This document shows, one piece after another, positions 1-17,900 of a stretch of DNA of 64,000 bases; positions within the stretch are counted from its first letter, which is position 1, and each line of letters starts with the position of its first letter. Both the position numbers and the translations under genes were made by a program. The notes under the pieces were generated by a model. That model was not told the DNA's origin, did not search any database, and saw only the letters and a list, made by a program, of their open reading frames with translations. This stretch comes from the human T2T-CHM13v2.0 reference genome, Homo sapiens, in NCBI RefSeq assembly GCF_009914755.1, contig NC_060930.1. One strand, written 5' to 3'.

Positions 1-704
1 GACCCAATTTCATATTTACACAAAATTGCAGTATTCTAGACACTAAAGTAAAGACAGAAATAATTCTTCTCATGGGGAAATGCATTTACTTAGGAGTAAG
101 TCCATGTGTAACAATTTAAAAAATAATTTTATAGCCATTGACTTTACATTCATATCAGCTGAGTTCTAACCATGGTTTTAATTAAAAAAATAATATTTAT
201 TCTTTTTTGGTTGAAAAAGCAATACAAGAACAATGTAAAATTTGAAATTGTAGAAAAAATGTATTATACAAAATGTAAGATGTAATGTAAAAAAATAAAA
301 AGCACTGTTAAAGATAATCACTACTATAGTTTTGGTTAGTAAAATCCTCCAACTTTTCTGCCTATGTAATATAAAAATATTTATATGTTTTATATTATTT
401 TCTATATTTAATTATATAAGTATATTGATAATTTATAATCATATATTATATAATTATATGTAAGTAATCATTATAAATATGTAATTATCATTATATTAAA
501 ATGAGATTATTCCTACTTCTTTGAGAAAGCTCCTTTTTACACTTATTATGAAGCTTTTCCTGTGAAGTTATACAACCTGAGTTTTAATGAGTGTAAAGTA
601 TTCTATTGGATGGTTGAACCATAATTTATGTAAATATTATATAATATTTATGTAAATAATATATTGTTGGGATATAAAGTAGTTTTTTTTAATGCTATTA
701 ACAA

Positions 705-925
705 TGACCATGACCAGCTTGGGCAACATGGCAAAACCCCATCTCCACAAAAACATTTTAAAAAATTAGCCAGGCATGGTAGCATGTACCTACAGTCCCA
801 GCTACCCACTAGGCTGAGGTGGAAGGATCAGTTGAGCCTGAGAGATGAAGGCTACAGTGAGCCGTGATCATATCACTGCACTCCAGCCTGAATGACAGAG
901 TGAGACTCAAATAAAACCCCAAACC
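705..925 (+). mobile_element. 5'-truncated old Alu (AluJ-like)
   Basis: GACCAGCTTGGGCAACATGGCAAAACCCC...TTAGCCAGGCATGGT...CACTGCACTCCAGCCTG followed by a degenerate A-rich tail. Confidence 0.85.
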
Positions 926-1286
926 CAAAATGATTAAATTAATATTCAAATATTTGAATCTTTATGTACATTCACAATAGGTAAAATATGTACAAATTAA
1001 AGTTTAAACTTATTTACTAATAAGTTACCAAAATCAGGAGATTTTTGTTACATATTTCTGTATTTCCTCTAGAAAGATTTACCCCAATTTACAATCTTCA
1101 AGCACTGTCTGTTTACTTCTTTGTTGTGACTATGAGGAGTGCATTGGCCACAGACAACAGAAAACCTGACCACAGCAGTAAAAGTAAGAAGTCTGTTTTT
1201 CTCAGACCACAAGAAGGCCAGAGGTTATCAATCTTTTCATATTTTTCATTCAGTAGTGCTTCACATGCATTTGCCTATATACCACC

Positions 1287-1657
1287 TGTATTAGCCCATT
1301 CTCACACTGCTATAAAGAACTGCCAGAGACTGGGTAATTTATGAAGAGGTTTAATTGACTCACAGTTCCACGTGGCTGGGGAGGCCTCAGGAAACTTACA
1401 ATCATGATGGAAGGGAAAGCAAACACACCCTTCTTCACATGATGGCAGGAAGGAGAAGTGCCTAGCAAATGGGGGAAAGCCCCTTATAAAACCATCAGAT
1501 ATCGTGAGAACTCACTACCATGAGAAGAGCAGCATGGGGGTAACCAACCCCATGATTCAATTACCTCCCACTAGGTCCCTCCCATGACACATGGGGATTA
1601 TGGAAACTACAATTCAATATGAGATTTGGGTAAGGACATAGCCAAACCATACACATC
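1287..1657. mobile_element. MaLR solo LTR (THE1/MSTA family)
   Basis: Begins TGTATTAGCCCATTCTCACACTGCTATAAAG and ends GAGATTTGGG...AGCCAAACCAT; ~370 bp. Confidence 0.85.
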
Positions 1658-1894
1658 ACACCATGCTTTTTAAAAGTTGACATCATCAAATGGCTATAAT
1701 TATACAATAATTTTATTCTAATCATTCCCTAATTTTCCTTTTTATGTTATTTTAATTAATCCTGTTTTGAACAGCTTTATGTATAATTTTTAGTTTACAT
1801 CTTGGATTATAAGAGTCCTATGACTAAGGATTTCTACCTATTTTGATACCGTGGTCTAGTATTCTAAATATTTTAAAAATTTATTTTAAAATGA

Positions 1895-2890
1895 ACTTTG
1901 TATTCTAGAATGGTCTTAGATTTATAGGGAAGTTGCAAAGATAGTACACAGGGTTCCCACAACCCTGCACCCAGTTTCTCTAATTGTTAACATCTTCCGT
2001 TACTATGGTACATTTGTCAAAACTAATGAATCAATATTGATACATCATTATTAATTAAAGTTCACACTTTATTCGTATGTTCTTAGATTTTACCTGTTGT
2101 CCTTTTGCTGTTCCAGAAACCCACCCCGAATACCACTGAGTCATCACGTTTCCCTGGATTGTCTTTAGGCTGTGGCAGTTTCTCAGACTTTCCTTGCTTT
2201 TGATGACCTTGACAGTTTCGATGAATATTAATCAGGCATTTTGTAGAATCTTCCTCAATTTGGACTTGTATGATGTTTTCCTCATGATTAGATGGTGGTT
2301 ACAAATTTTGGGGAGGAAGAACACAGAGGTAGAATGCCATTTTCCTCACATCACATCGAAGGTTCATGCTGTCAACGTGACCTGTCATGGATGATGTCAA
2401 ATGCGATTATGTGGCTGAAGCAGAGTTATTTTCCAATAAGAGTTACTCTTTCCCTTCCCTCCATGCTGTGTTCTTTAGAAGGAAGTCACTATGTGCAGCC
2501 CATACTTATGGGGGTTGTTGCAGGGGGAGTTATTCTCCATATCTTTGAGGGAATAGCTATACAAATTATTTGGAATTCTTTTGTACATGTTATTTATTCA
2601 ATAACTCATGAATATTTGTTTTATACATTGGGATATAATGTAATACTGCACTATTTATTTTCTTGCTCCAATTATCCCAGCTGGGGCCATTGGAATATCT
2701 TTCTGTTGGCTTCTATATTCCTTTAACATACTCCGTTTTTGTTTTGTTTTTAGCATTTCCTTATTTGATGACACTACACGATGCTGCAGACTTGTCTTGT
2801 ATATTTTCTGCCCCATTCCTAGAATCGGCCGTTTCTCCACAGAACCTGATGCTTTTTATTGGAGAATAGTATTACAAATCAAGATCTAGA
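1895..2890 (-). mobile_element. Old L1 (L1MC-like) 3' UTR remnant
   Basis: Recalled L1MC 3'-end motifs (AAGTTGCAAAGATAGTACA; GTTAACATCTT...TATGGTACATTTGTCAAAACT); heavily diverged. Confidence 0.55.
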
Positions 2891-5593
2891 AACTGAGTAT
2901 GCTTAATACTTTATAACCTGTAATCAGCGATATTTTTTTCTAATTTTAATCCCATTCTCATTGCAATTAAAAATTCATATACAGACATGTAAAATATCTG
3001 CAATTAAGCCTATTCTTTGTGTCTTGTTCTCGACAGAGATAAAGCAAGGATGTTCTCAGGTATATGCTGGATTTCTTTTAATATTAATATGACTAAGGGT
3101 GATGCATGGATAGTTGCCTGCTGGGCAGAATGCCTTTTCACCCTTTCAGAGGTTCACCTGAAATCTCAGCCTCGGCCTCAGGGTCACCTCCTATAAGCTC
3201 TGTGAATTGCACAGGAGGAGGAACAAGGTCCACTCTGTCATTCTGCCTCACCTCAGTAAACACAGCCATGAAAAGCTACTTCTATTCTCATTTCTCTGAC
3301 TTCACACCTTCCATTAAACAAACCCAAGATTCCACCTCTGAAAAATAAATTGTATATAGCAAGGCAGTACAACAGCAAAACAGATCCTGATTTGAAGCTC
3401 CATTTTGTACCATTCCATTCGTAACACAATTTTTATGAAACGACAAGACCAAAAGAACAAATTTAAGAAATATGAAGAACCACGTTCATTTTCATGCAGT
3501 CATTATAGGCATTGTCCAATGATCAAGACCGTTGGCATTGGAGCTAAAATAAGAATGGAGAAGTATTACAGTGGAGAATCGAATCCATCAATCACATTAA
3601 CAGTAAATTGCACACTAATCCTTTATCTATTATTTACAGTATCAATAAGTGTATCCTGTCTAGACTACAGAGTACTTAAACTCAAAGGTGTCAATAATAA
3701 CAAAGAATAACATTATTAAATAATAAGCATCAATTAAAAATTAAAATGAATAGAATATAAGAAAAAGCACCCTATAGATTGTGTTTATAAACCTAGCCTA
3801 TTTTGTGAAACTGTTATAGGAATTATGATTTATGCTAGCTGATAAATCTGATTTTGACAATTGGGTAAACAAAAAAACTAAGATTTTTAAAATTAAATTT
3901 TTTTTGCTGGAAGAAGGATCCCTATATGAATAAAATTTTAAATTTACATAATCAATGTTTTAGTATTTCCAAATTTTTTATGTGGTTTTCAAATTTGTAT
4001 CTTATCAGGGTCATGTCAAATAAAAAGAGCTAAAGTAAATGGTTTATCTTGACCAAATTTAACAATCATGACTTCTATAGCTGCAAACAAAGCTTATCCG
4101 TTACCAAATGCAGTGTAGAATTTAACTTATATTTAGATAAAGTCAGGAAATGGCCTCTAAATGGTCCTCAATTTTCTTTCATTTAGACAAAAACTGAGTT
4201 TCCCCCTTTTGCTGAGTTGTTCAGTTAAAAGACTGTTTCATTTGGAGAGTGTGACTGATGGCTCCCTGTGAGAATGGGCAGGGCAGAGCCAGGCCTGACC
4301 GGAGAGGGAGCCACTCTGTCCCCTAGGAAGCTGACTCAGGTTCCAAGGCTTATGACCTGGGCTTTGGCCCATGGGCATTTACTCAGAGAAAATTTGTAGA
4401 GTACAATCACAGTTGTTGAGTATAATCATGATGGCCCCTGACCAGTCATTCATTTCATATAGGAACTACTTGGCATGTGTTTCAGAGGACTGGGCTGAGA
4501 GTGGAGATCCATGACATGATACCAGTGATCATGTGGGTCCTAAGGACAGGTGGTGCAGGTGTCCATGGCGAAACAAGGCCTTAGCTGGTAGACTGGATTT
4601 CCAGGACAGGATCCTAATACCCACCAGGAAATCTGTCTGGAAGAAAAACAAGCTCCTAGGTTTCTGAGAGGAAAACCAGATAGGTTATTTAACAAAGATC
4701 TTAAATTAGATTACTGCAGAAGCTCAACTTTAGAATCAGTGGCACATAGCAAGGTTGAGCTTATAGACAAGACCACCTTCTTTTAAGAGCCTGACACTGA
4801 AGGATGCGTGACTAGGGTGTGAGCATAGGAGTCAAATTCAGCAGGAGACATTGATCCTAGATCAGATTAAAAGCAAAGGGGTCTTAGCCTCAGAAAAGTA
4901 GCTGCTGGAACAGAGTACATGGAAGGCCTGTAATTTGGGACTGACTGGCTAACTTGGTAGCTTTTAGTATGGGGTCAAACCTAATGAGACTTGATATTAA
5001 GAATGGGACTTGATACTGAGGCTTCTGCCTGGGGGATTAGCACAGTTTAAATATGGCCTGACACAGGGGTGGAGTTGCTCTTGTATATGGGATGTCAGGA
5101 GTCCCAGCTGTGAGGAACTGGGAATTATACAGACTGAAATCAGAAGACATGATGACTAAATGTAATGTCACACACCCTGAATTGGATCCTGGGGCAGAAA
5201 GAGGTTATTAGGTAAAAAGTAAAAATATTTGAATAACGTTTGGTCTTTAGTTAATTAAAATATGTCAATAACCATTCACTAGTTGTTAAAAATGAATCAT
5301 AGAGATGTGGTATGTTAACAATAACAGAAACTGGGTACAGGTTATATAGCCACCTTCTGTACTATCATCACGACTTTTTTTTGTAAATCTGAAACTATTC
5401 AAAAGTAAAAGTTTTTTTTTTTTTTTAAATCAGGCACCTTATTATCTTCCTCTTCTTTTTTGTTTTCTCATGGAGAAAATAGCATTTCCATTTCATTTTA
5501 TCTGAGTGCTTTAGTATCTTTCCAGTAATATGTTTTATGTTTTTTTGTCTCTGTCATATATAAAAATGAGCCCATTTTGCTTACATACTACAA

Positions 5594-5946
5594 TGTCTTA
5601 GTCTAGTCAGGCTGCTATAACAAAAATGCCATAAACTGAGTGATTTCTATGCAATAGGAATTTATTTCTCATAGTTCAGAAGGCCAGGAAGCTCAAGAAC
5701 AAGGTGCCAGCAGATTTGCTACCAGGTGAGGGCCCACTCTGGTTCACAGAAGGCATCTTTTCCACCCTCACTTGGTGGAAGGGGTAAGGGGTCTTTCTTG
5801 GACCTCTTGTAAAAGGCACAACCTATTCATGAGGGTTCCATCTTCATGATCTAATCATTTCCCAAAGGTCTCACCTCCTAATACTGTCACATAAGAGAAG
5901 TTTTCAACTATTGAATTTCGAGGCACAAACACTCAGATCATAGCAT
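5594..5946. mobile_element. MaLR solo LTR (MLT1A/MST-like)
   Basis: TGTCTTAGTC...GCTGCTATAACAAAA...TTTATTTCTCATAGTTC...AAGGTGCCAGCAGATTTG...CAGATCATAGCA. Confidence 0.75.
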
Positions 5947-6377
5947 AACAAAAATTGTTCAATAACAAAAAATAACATGTACTATGACTTCAGGTATGAT
6001 ATTAATTGAAGAAATGATTTCATAAATGTGAATAAAGCATATTTTTAAAATAGTGTTTAAAAACAGAATAAATTTACTTTCAAGTCAATAAAGGTTACTT
6101 TTTAAATTAATGCTTGACATCATTTTAAATTTAATTTATCCCCTTACTTCCTTCTTTCATCTCTCTCTCTCTACCTGTTGCATTTTGTTAAAAATCTACA
6201 ATTATATTTGATAGTTATAAAAAGCTTAGAGTTGTCATACCTTTGACACCATCTACTTCAATTCTATCTTTTGATAAGGAAATGGAGGTTCAGGATTTTG
6301 ATAAGCTACCCAAAATGAGCTATGCAATTCTATTTATTAATAAATAGCAAAACTGGGCCTAGATCCAGTAGTCTACC

Positions 6378-6741
6378 AGTATTAGTCGGTTTTCATGCTG
6401 CTGATAAAGACATACCCAAGACTGGGCAATTTACTAAAGAAAGAGGTTTATTGGACTTAACAGTTCCATGTGACTGGGGAGGTCTCACATCATGGTGGAA
6501 AGCAAGGAGGAGTAAGTCACATTTTATGTGGATGGCAGCAGACAAAGAGACCTTGTGCAGGGAAACTCCCAGTTTTAAAACCATCAGATCTCGTGGGACC
6601 CATTCACTATCACAAGAAAAGCACGGGAAAGACCAGCCCCCATGATTCCATCATCTTCCACTGGGTCCCTCACACAACACATGGGAATTATGGGAGCTAC
6701 AAGATGAGATTTGGGTGGGGACACAGAGCCAATCCACATGA
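6378..6741. mobile_element. THE1 solo LTR
   Basis: GTATTAGTCGGTTTTCATGCTGCTGATAAAGACATACCCAAGACTGGGCAATTTAC...GAGATTTGGGTGGGGACACAGAGCC; explains the spurious ORFs at 6322-6769. Confidence 0.88.
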
Positions 6742-9700
6742 CTACCTCCTAACAAAAAGCACATTTTAATGCACAGTCTTGCCTTCACTCTATAAAAATT
6801 ACTTTGTTTCTAGAGTTATTCTTGAAATTTCCCTTCCTATAAAGACAAAGACAAGTTTGTGTCAATGGCTATTTGCTTGGACTTTATCATCCATTGTTTC
6901 AGCAGGACTGATGTGAATCCTTTTACAGCTTAACTTTATAACCTCTTTAAAAGGAAATGCTGAAAAAAATTCATGATTCTCATACTTAGATAAAAATGCC
7001 AGCCAGTTAATAATTTATAAAATAATTTTGCTACTATATGGATTTTCTCCCATCTAGTCCAATTTTCTGAGTTGCATATATGTGCTAAAATTTTAAGAGT
7101 GTAAACAGCAAAGTTGTTTTTAAAATTAGCTCTCCAAAGAATTATAAAGCAGTAAAGGAAATGAAATATGTTAGCCTTGAAGGTGATGCTATAAAGATAT
7201 ACAGTTAGTGTAGGAAGAAACATGTTCATTTGTATATTCTGGGCTGTTCTTTATTTTGTGGCTGCAGTCTACTTGCTATGATTTTCCCTGAGGGAATTTC
7301 TGTTTCCATTCCAAGTGGTCTGTGTTCCAAAACAGCTACCAAAGTTTATTGCTAATGTTCTTTCCATTCCCTACAATTCAGTGTCTTGCCACATTAAAGA
7401 GGTGTTTTCATGTCTTCAGAGCATCTCTTCTGTACCCATCCCATCCCCAAACTACAGCTACCAGGGGCAGTTTCCCTGACAGCAGCTGCTGTCATCTTAC
7501 GTGGCCTCCAGGGGTGGTTCAAGGAACAATGGAAAGGCATTTAGAAGTGAAAGAAAATAGGGCTTGACAGGTCAGATTACTGTTATGATAGGCCTGGGTT
7601 CCTGGATTTGTTGGTTGGGGGCCCTACCTTGCCATAGCTCCTAAGTTTAATTTGGGGCTTGGTGACTCTCTGGCGCCACACTCTGGCATCCTCATCATCG
7701 GCAAAACCCTTTGGACTCCATCAAGCAGTGCAGCGCAGATCATCACAGAGAAATGTGTGGAGAAAACAACGTAAAAATCTCTGTGAAATTTATCATATTC
7801 CAGAGATATAGGACTAACTTGAGGAATTTTCTTTCAAAATTTGTTTTCTTCAGGTATTTAAAGTCAGAGTTAGGCACAAGTTTGGCTTTGAGTTCCCCAG
7901 TTGTACCATATACTTCTTCATTTTCATTTTTTTCTATATACAAACAACATAGGCATCATTGAACAAACTTATTCAAAAGGAATAATGAAATCTCCACCCC
8001 ATCCTTACACCATGCCTGAGAGAAAACCACTGATCGCAATTGGTCTATATCCTTCCAGTTTTTGGACTATGTTTATGCAAATATGTACACAAATATACTA
8101 CAAAAAATATATCATACTGTGCGTGTATGTGTAACTTGCACTTGCCTTTTTACTAAACAATATACACTGGGTATCTTTCCATATCAATATACACAGAGTC
8201 ATTTCATTCTTTTTAATAGCCACATAGTATTCCACTCTATTATACAGAGTTATTATAATCTATTTAACCAGTCCCGCAATGATAGGCATTTGGATTAGTT
8301 TCACACTTGTAATAAAAGTGGCATCATTATACATATATAATGATGTATATAATGATACATATATCTGTGATTACTTGGAGAAATATTTTTGCATAATAAA
8401 TTTCTAGAAGAGAAAGACAAAATATATCAATGTATGCTTCCATCAAGAATGATTAAAGTCCATATTTTTTCCTATTATCATACCTAACAATGTAAATTTG
8501 TAATACATTTTGGTCTTTGTTAGTCTAATTTTTTTTTACTTAATTATAAGTGAGTTTGTGTATTTTTTAAGAGCTATCTTTAATGATCATCTGTGTTCTT
8601 TGTGAATTCTGTGTTCATATTTGTTGTTTATTTTCTGTAGTGGTGTTTTCCTTTATCTTACAGATTTGTGAAAGATAATTTTAACACATTGGGTATCATT
8701 GCAATTTCCCTCATTTTGTCATCTGTCTTTTATCTTGTTTATATAGTCATTTCATTCATTTTTTTCTTTATGGTTTCTACTTATCTGATGTGTTTAGAAA
8801 GGTGTTCCTTACATAAAAATTATTTTCCACTGGTACACTTATTATTTTTGTTATTTTTAAAACATTAACCAATCTAGAGACCTTTTAGGATATGGTTCTG
8901 AAGTAGGAATACAGATTCATTTCTTCCCAATTGGGTAGGAAAATTTTGTAGCCCATTTATTGAACAATATGTCTTTTCTCCACTAATATGAAATATCACT
9001 TTTATTATATAGTAAAGCTCATATATATCAAGGTCTATTTTTTATTATGAATAACTCCTTGACCTATTGATTTTTATCTCTATTAGTGTCAGAGTATTTT
9101 AATTGCTGTATTTTATAATATGTTTTAATAAATTACAGATGAGGACTTAATCATTTTCACATTGCTCATAGCATTATAACTTATTTATTACATTCCAAAT
9201 GAAATTTTAAACTTATTTTTCAAGGTTCTGAAAATGCTTAATTTGGTTTTTAATTGTAATTGCAATAATTTTATTATAACTTACTACTTTATACTCTTCC
9301 CTCAATGTAGTTATGTTTCCTCATTTATTTTAGTCTTTCTTTTGTGTTTAACTGAAAATCTTGCATCTTTCTTATTGGATTTATTTCTAGGTATGTTTAT
9401 TAGCATTACTAATGAGTCTTGTTTCCCACTTCATTTTCTAACTTTTATTGATTTTTGGTATATTAATCTTGTATTAACTGCTTTCTCGTACTTTCTGTTG
9501 CTGTAGCAGACAGTTTTCTTGATTTTACTCCAAGGTAGTTATATAATTTTTGGTAAATAATCATACATTTTACAACCAATATATACTTTTTTCCTTTCCT
9601 TATATTCTTTTATTGTCCATAAGTTCCAGAATCTTGTTGAATAATAGAAGTATTAATAGAAAGCATTCTCTATTTTTTTTATATTATACTTTAAGTTCTG

Positions 9701-9886
9701 GGGTACATGTGCACCAAGTGCAGGTTTGTTACGTAGGTATACATGTGCCATGTTGGTGTGCTGCACCCATCAACCCGTCATTTATATTAGGTATTTTTCC
9801 TAATGCTATCCCTCCCCCAGTCCCCCACCCACCTACAGGCCCCAGTGTGTGATGAGCCCCTCCCTGTGTCCATGTGTTCTCATTGT

Positions 9887-13836
<3,950 letters not shown>

Positions 13837-13902
13837 TATGATGCTAGCTGGTTATTTTGCCCGTTCGTTCATGCAGTTTCTTCATAGCATCAGTGGACTT
13901 CA

Positions 13903-14931
13903 CTATTTGGCATGTTTTTGCAGTGGCTGGTACCCGTTGTTCCTTTCCACATTTAGTGCTTCCTTCAGGAGCTCTTGTAAGGCAGGCCTGGTGGTGACAA
14001 AATCTCTCAGCATTTGCTTGTCTATAAAGGATTTTATTTCTCCTTCCCTTGTGAAGCTTAGTTTGGCTGGATATGAAATTCTGCGCTGAAAATTCTTTCC
14101 TTTAAGAATGTTGAATATTGGCCCCCACTCTCTTCTGGCTTGTAGGGTGTCTGCCAAGAGATCCACTGTTAGTCTGATGGGCTTCCCTTTGTGGGTAACC
14201 TAACCTTTCTCTTTGGCTGCCCTTAACATTTTTTCCTTCATTTCAACCTTGGTGAATCTGATGATTATATGACTTGGGGTTGCTTTTCTCAAGGAATATC
14301 TTTGTGGTATTCTTTGTATTTCCTGAATTTGAATCTTGGCCTGTCTTGCTAGGTTGGGAAAGTTTTCCTAGATAATATCCTGAAGAGTGTTTTCTAACTT
14401 GGTTCCATTCTCCCCGTCACTTTCCGGTACACCAATCAAATGTAGATTTGGTCTTTTCACATAGTCCCATATTTCTTGGGGGCTTTATTCATTTCTTTTC
14501 ATTCTTTTTTCTCTAATCTTGTCTTCTCACTTTATTTCATTAATTTGATCTTCAATCACTGATATCCTTTCTTCCATTTGATCTAATCAGCTATTGAAGC
14601 TTGTGTATGCTTCATGAAGTTCTCGTGCTGTTTTTTTCAGCTCCCTCAGGTAATTTATGTTTTTCTCTACACTAGTTATTCTTATTCTAGTTAGCCATGC
14701 CTCTAACCTTTTTTCAAGGTTCTTAGCTTCCTTGCAATGGGTCAGAACATGCTCCTTTCGCTCGGAGAAGTTTGTTATTACCCACCTTCTGAACCCTACT
14801 TCTGTCAATGCATCAAACTCATTCTCCGTCCAGTTTTGTTCCCTTACTGGCGAGGAGTTGTGATCCTTTGGAGGAGAAGAGGCTTTCTGGTTCTTGGAAT
14901 TTTTAGCCTTTCTGCTCTGGTTTCTCCCCAT
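13903..14931 (-). pseudogene. L1 ORF1p, disrupted
   Basis: MGRNQSRKAKNSKNQKASSPPK (ATG at 14931) ... RISYPAKLSF...DFVTTRPALQELLKEALN...QKHAK; broken by stops/frameshifts. Confidence 0.9.
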
Positions 14932-17900
14932 CTTTGTGGTTTTATCTACCTTTGGTCTTTTATCTACCTTTGGTCTTGATGTTGGTTTTGGTGTGGATGT
15001 CCTTTTTGTTGATGTTGATGCTATTCCTTTCTGTTTCTTGGTTTTCCTTCTAACAGTCAGGTCCCTCAGTTTCAGATCTGTTGGAGTTTGCTGGAGGTCC
15101 ACTCCAGACCCTGTTCGCCTGGGTATCACCAGTGGAGGCTGCAGAACAGCAAATATTGCTGCCTGATCCTTCCTCTGGAAGCTTTGTCCCAGAGGGGCAC
15201 CCACCAGATGCCAGCAAGAGCTCTCCTTAATGAGGTGTCTCTCAGCCCCTACTGGGAAGTGTCTCCCAGGCAGGCTACATGAGGGTCAGGGACCCACTTA
15301 AGGAGGCAGTCCATCCATTATCAGAGCTCGACCACCATGCTGGGTGAGCCACTGCTCTTTTCAGAGGTGTCAGCCAGGGACATTTAAGTCTGGAGAAGCT
15401 GTGCCCACAGTTGCCCCTTCCCCCACGTGCTCTGTCCCAGAGGGACGAGGGTTTTATCTGTAACTCCCTGACTGGGGCTGCTGCCTTTTGTTCAGATATG
15501 CCGTGCCCACAGAGGTGAAATCTAGAGAGGCAGTCAGCCTTGCTGAGCTTCAGTGGGCTCCGCCCAGTTCCAGTTTCCCGACAGCTTTGTTTACTCTATG
15601 AGCATAAAACCACCTACTCAAGCCTCAGCAATGGTGGATGCCCCTCCCCCTGCCAAACTCCAGCGTCCCAGGTCAATTTCAGACTGCTGCCCTTGCAGTG
15701 AGAATTTCAAGCCAATGGATCTTAGCTTGCTGGACTCCATGGGCATGGGACCCACTGAGCGAGCCACTGGAGGGAATCTCCTGGTCTGCCAGTTGTGAAG
15801 ACCATGGGAAAAGCGCAGTATTTGGGCAGAAGCGTACTGTTCCTCCTGGCACAGTCTCTCATGGCTTCCCTTGGCTAGGGAAGGGAAATCCCCTGACACC
15901 TTGTGCTTCCCAGGTGAGGCGACGCCCCACCCTCCTTCGGCTAGCCCTCTGTGGGATGCACCCACTGTCCAACCAGTCTCAATGAGATGAACCAGATACC
16001 TCAGTTGGAAATGAAGAAATCACCCATCTTCTGCATCGATCTCACTGGGAGCTGCAGACCGGAGTTCCTACTAGGCCATCTTGGAAGAGTCCCTGGTTTT
16101 TCTTCTTGTGCTCCCATGTCCTCTTATTTATCACTTTAATGTGATTATTTTTGGTATTTCATTATTAAGTATTATATTGGCTTTGGATTTCTAAAAAATA
16201 CTTGTTACCAAGTTAAGAAAGTCTGCTTTTCCCTTGGCACACCAGGAATTTTAATCAAAAGTAACGTTAACATTTATAAAATGTCCTTTAGCATCTACCA
16301 AGATTACATTAGCATATTTCCTAAATTTGAACAATTTTTGTACTCTTGAATAAATTTGATCAGGTAAAGTGTATTGCTCTTTTAGTATACTGTTGGATTT
16401 GATATTTCATAACAGACTTTTTATTTGTGCTTATTAGATAGATTGGCCCATGGTTTTGTGACATATTTATCAGGTTTATTGTATCAAAGTTATGATTTCT
16501 ATAGCTTTGTAACAATTAAGTACTACAGAACTTAACTATTCGTCAGTATTTGGTAAAAATTTCTGAGAAAATGAACATGGCCCAGAGCCATTTTACAGTA
16601 TTTTTTTTACAAAAGTTTCAACTTTTCTATGGATATTGATCTATTTTGGCTTCCTATATTTTATTCAGGCAAATTGGTTGTTTGTAGTTTCCTTAAAAAT
16701 ATCTATTTTAAAATTTTATACTCAGAAAAGTACAAAAATTTTATTTAAAAATTATAATTTCCTTTGGTTATACCTTTTCTGTTTTCTAATATTGTATTTG
16801 TGTTCTCTTAGGTTTCCTTTGGCTAGACTTGCTAGGGATTGATTGGTTTGTTTTGTTTTTATAACTTTTCAAATACAAGATCACTGTTTTTATCAATAAA
16901 TTGTAATGTTTGGCTTTCTCATGTTTAAGTCATTGCTTTTACATTCTTTTACTTTCTTTTGATTTATTTTCTTCTTTTTAATTTCCTGAGTTATACATTT
17001 ATGTTATTTTAAACAAAATTTTTCATAAGGTAAGATTTGGTTACAATTCACAAGATTATATTATGTTATCAGGATTCTTTTTTCCTCTTTGATACAAGAG
17101 TTATCTAGAAGACTATTTTTATTTCCAGGTGATTTTTAGAAATGCTTTATTTTGATGCTGATGTCAGTATTTATTGCATGGAGTCAAACATATATTTCCT
17201 ATACAAAATTATTCATTTTCAAATATATTTCTAATTATACAAGTAGCACATGAATACATTTTTATTGTGAAAGATTTATATAATGTAGACAAAACTATTT
17301 CCTCTAACCCCATCTCTAGTGGCAACATTAGTTACTGGCTTATTGTATATCATTTCAGTCTCTTTTCTATTCATCTGTGTCCTCTCACCAGGAACTGGTA
17401 CCATCCTGTACTTACTGTATGTAGCACACTGATCCATACATGCATAGGCATTGCTCCCACCTGCAGGCTGCTGCCTAGCTTGTGGCTAATACGGGGATAT
17501 AGAGAAGCCAATTCATCTGGTTGCTCCTGCTGAAGTACACCAACTAATCACCTTCTTGATTACTTCTGATGCACTCCTGCTCATTGTATCTGCCAACCCA
17601 GAGCATGAAGTAACTCTTTTATAGAAGTTTTTCCTGCATGCAGTTTGACCATACATTTCTCCTTCAAGTGATTGTGTTTTCATCTTTCAGTTATTCAACA
17701 TAATTTTGTGTAGTCAGTATTCATTTACAGTTACCAACACATTTACCCATCCAGTATTCTTCATTCCCTCCTTGAATTTCCATCTTTTCAAATGAGATCA
17801 TTTTTACTTTTGCTAGTAGAAATCCCTTCAGCATTTCAGTGTAAAACTCCTAGCAATAAATTATGTGAATTTTTGTTTTTTGTTTACTTTTTGCTTCTTT

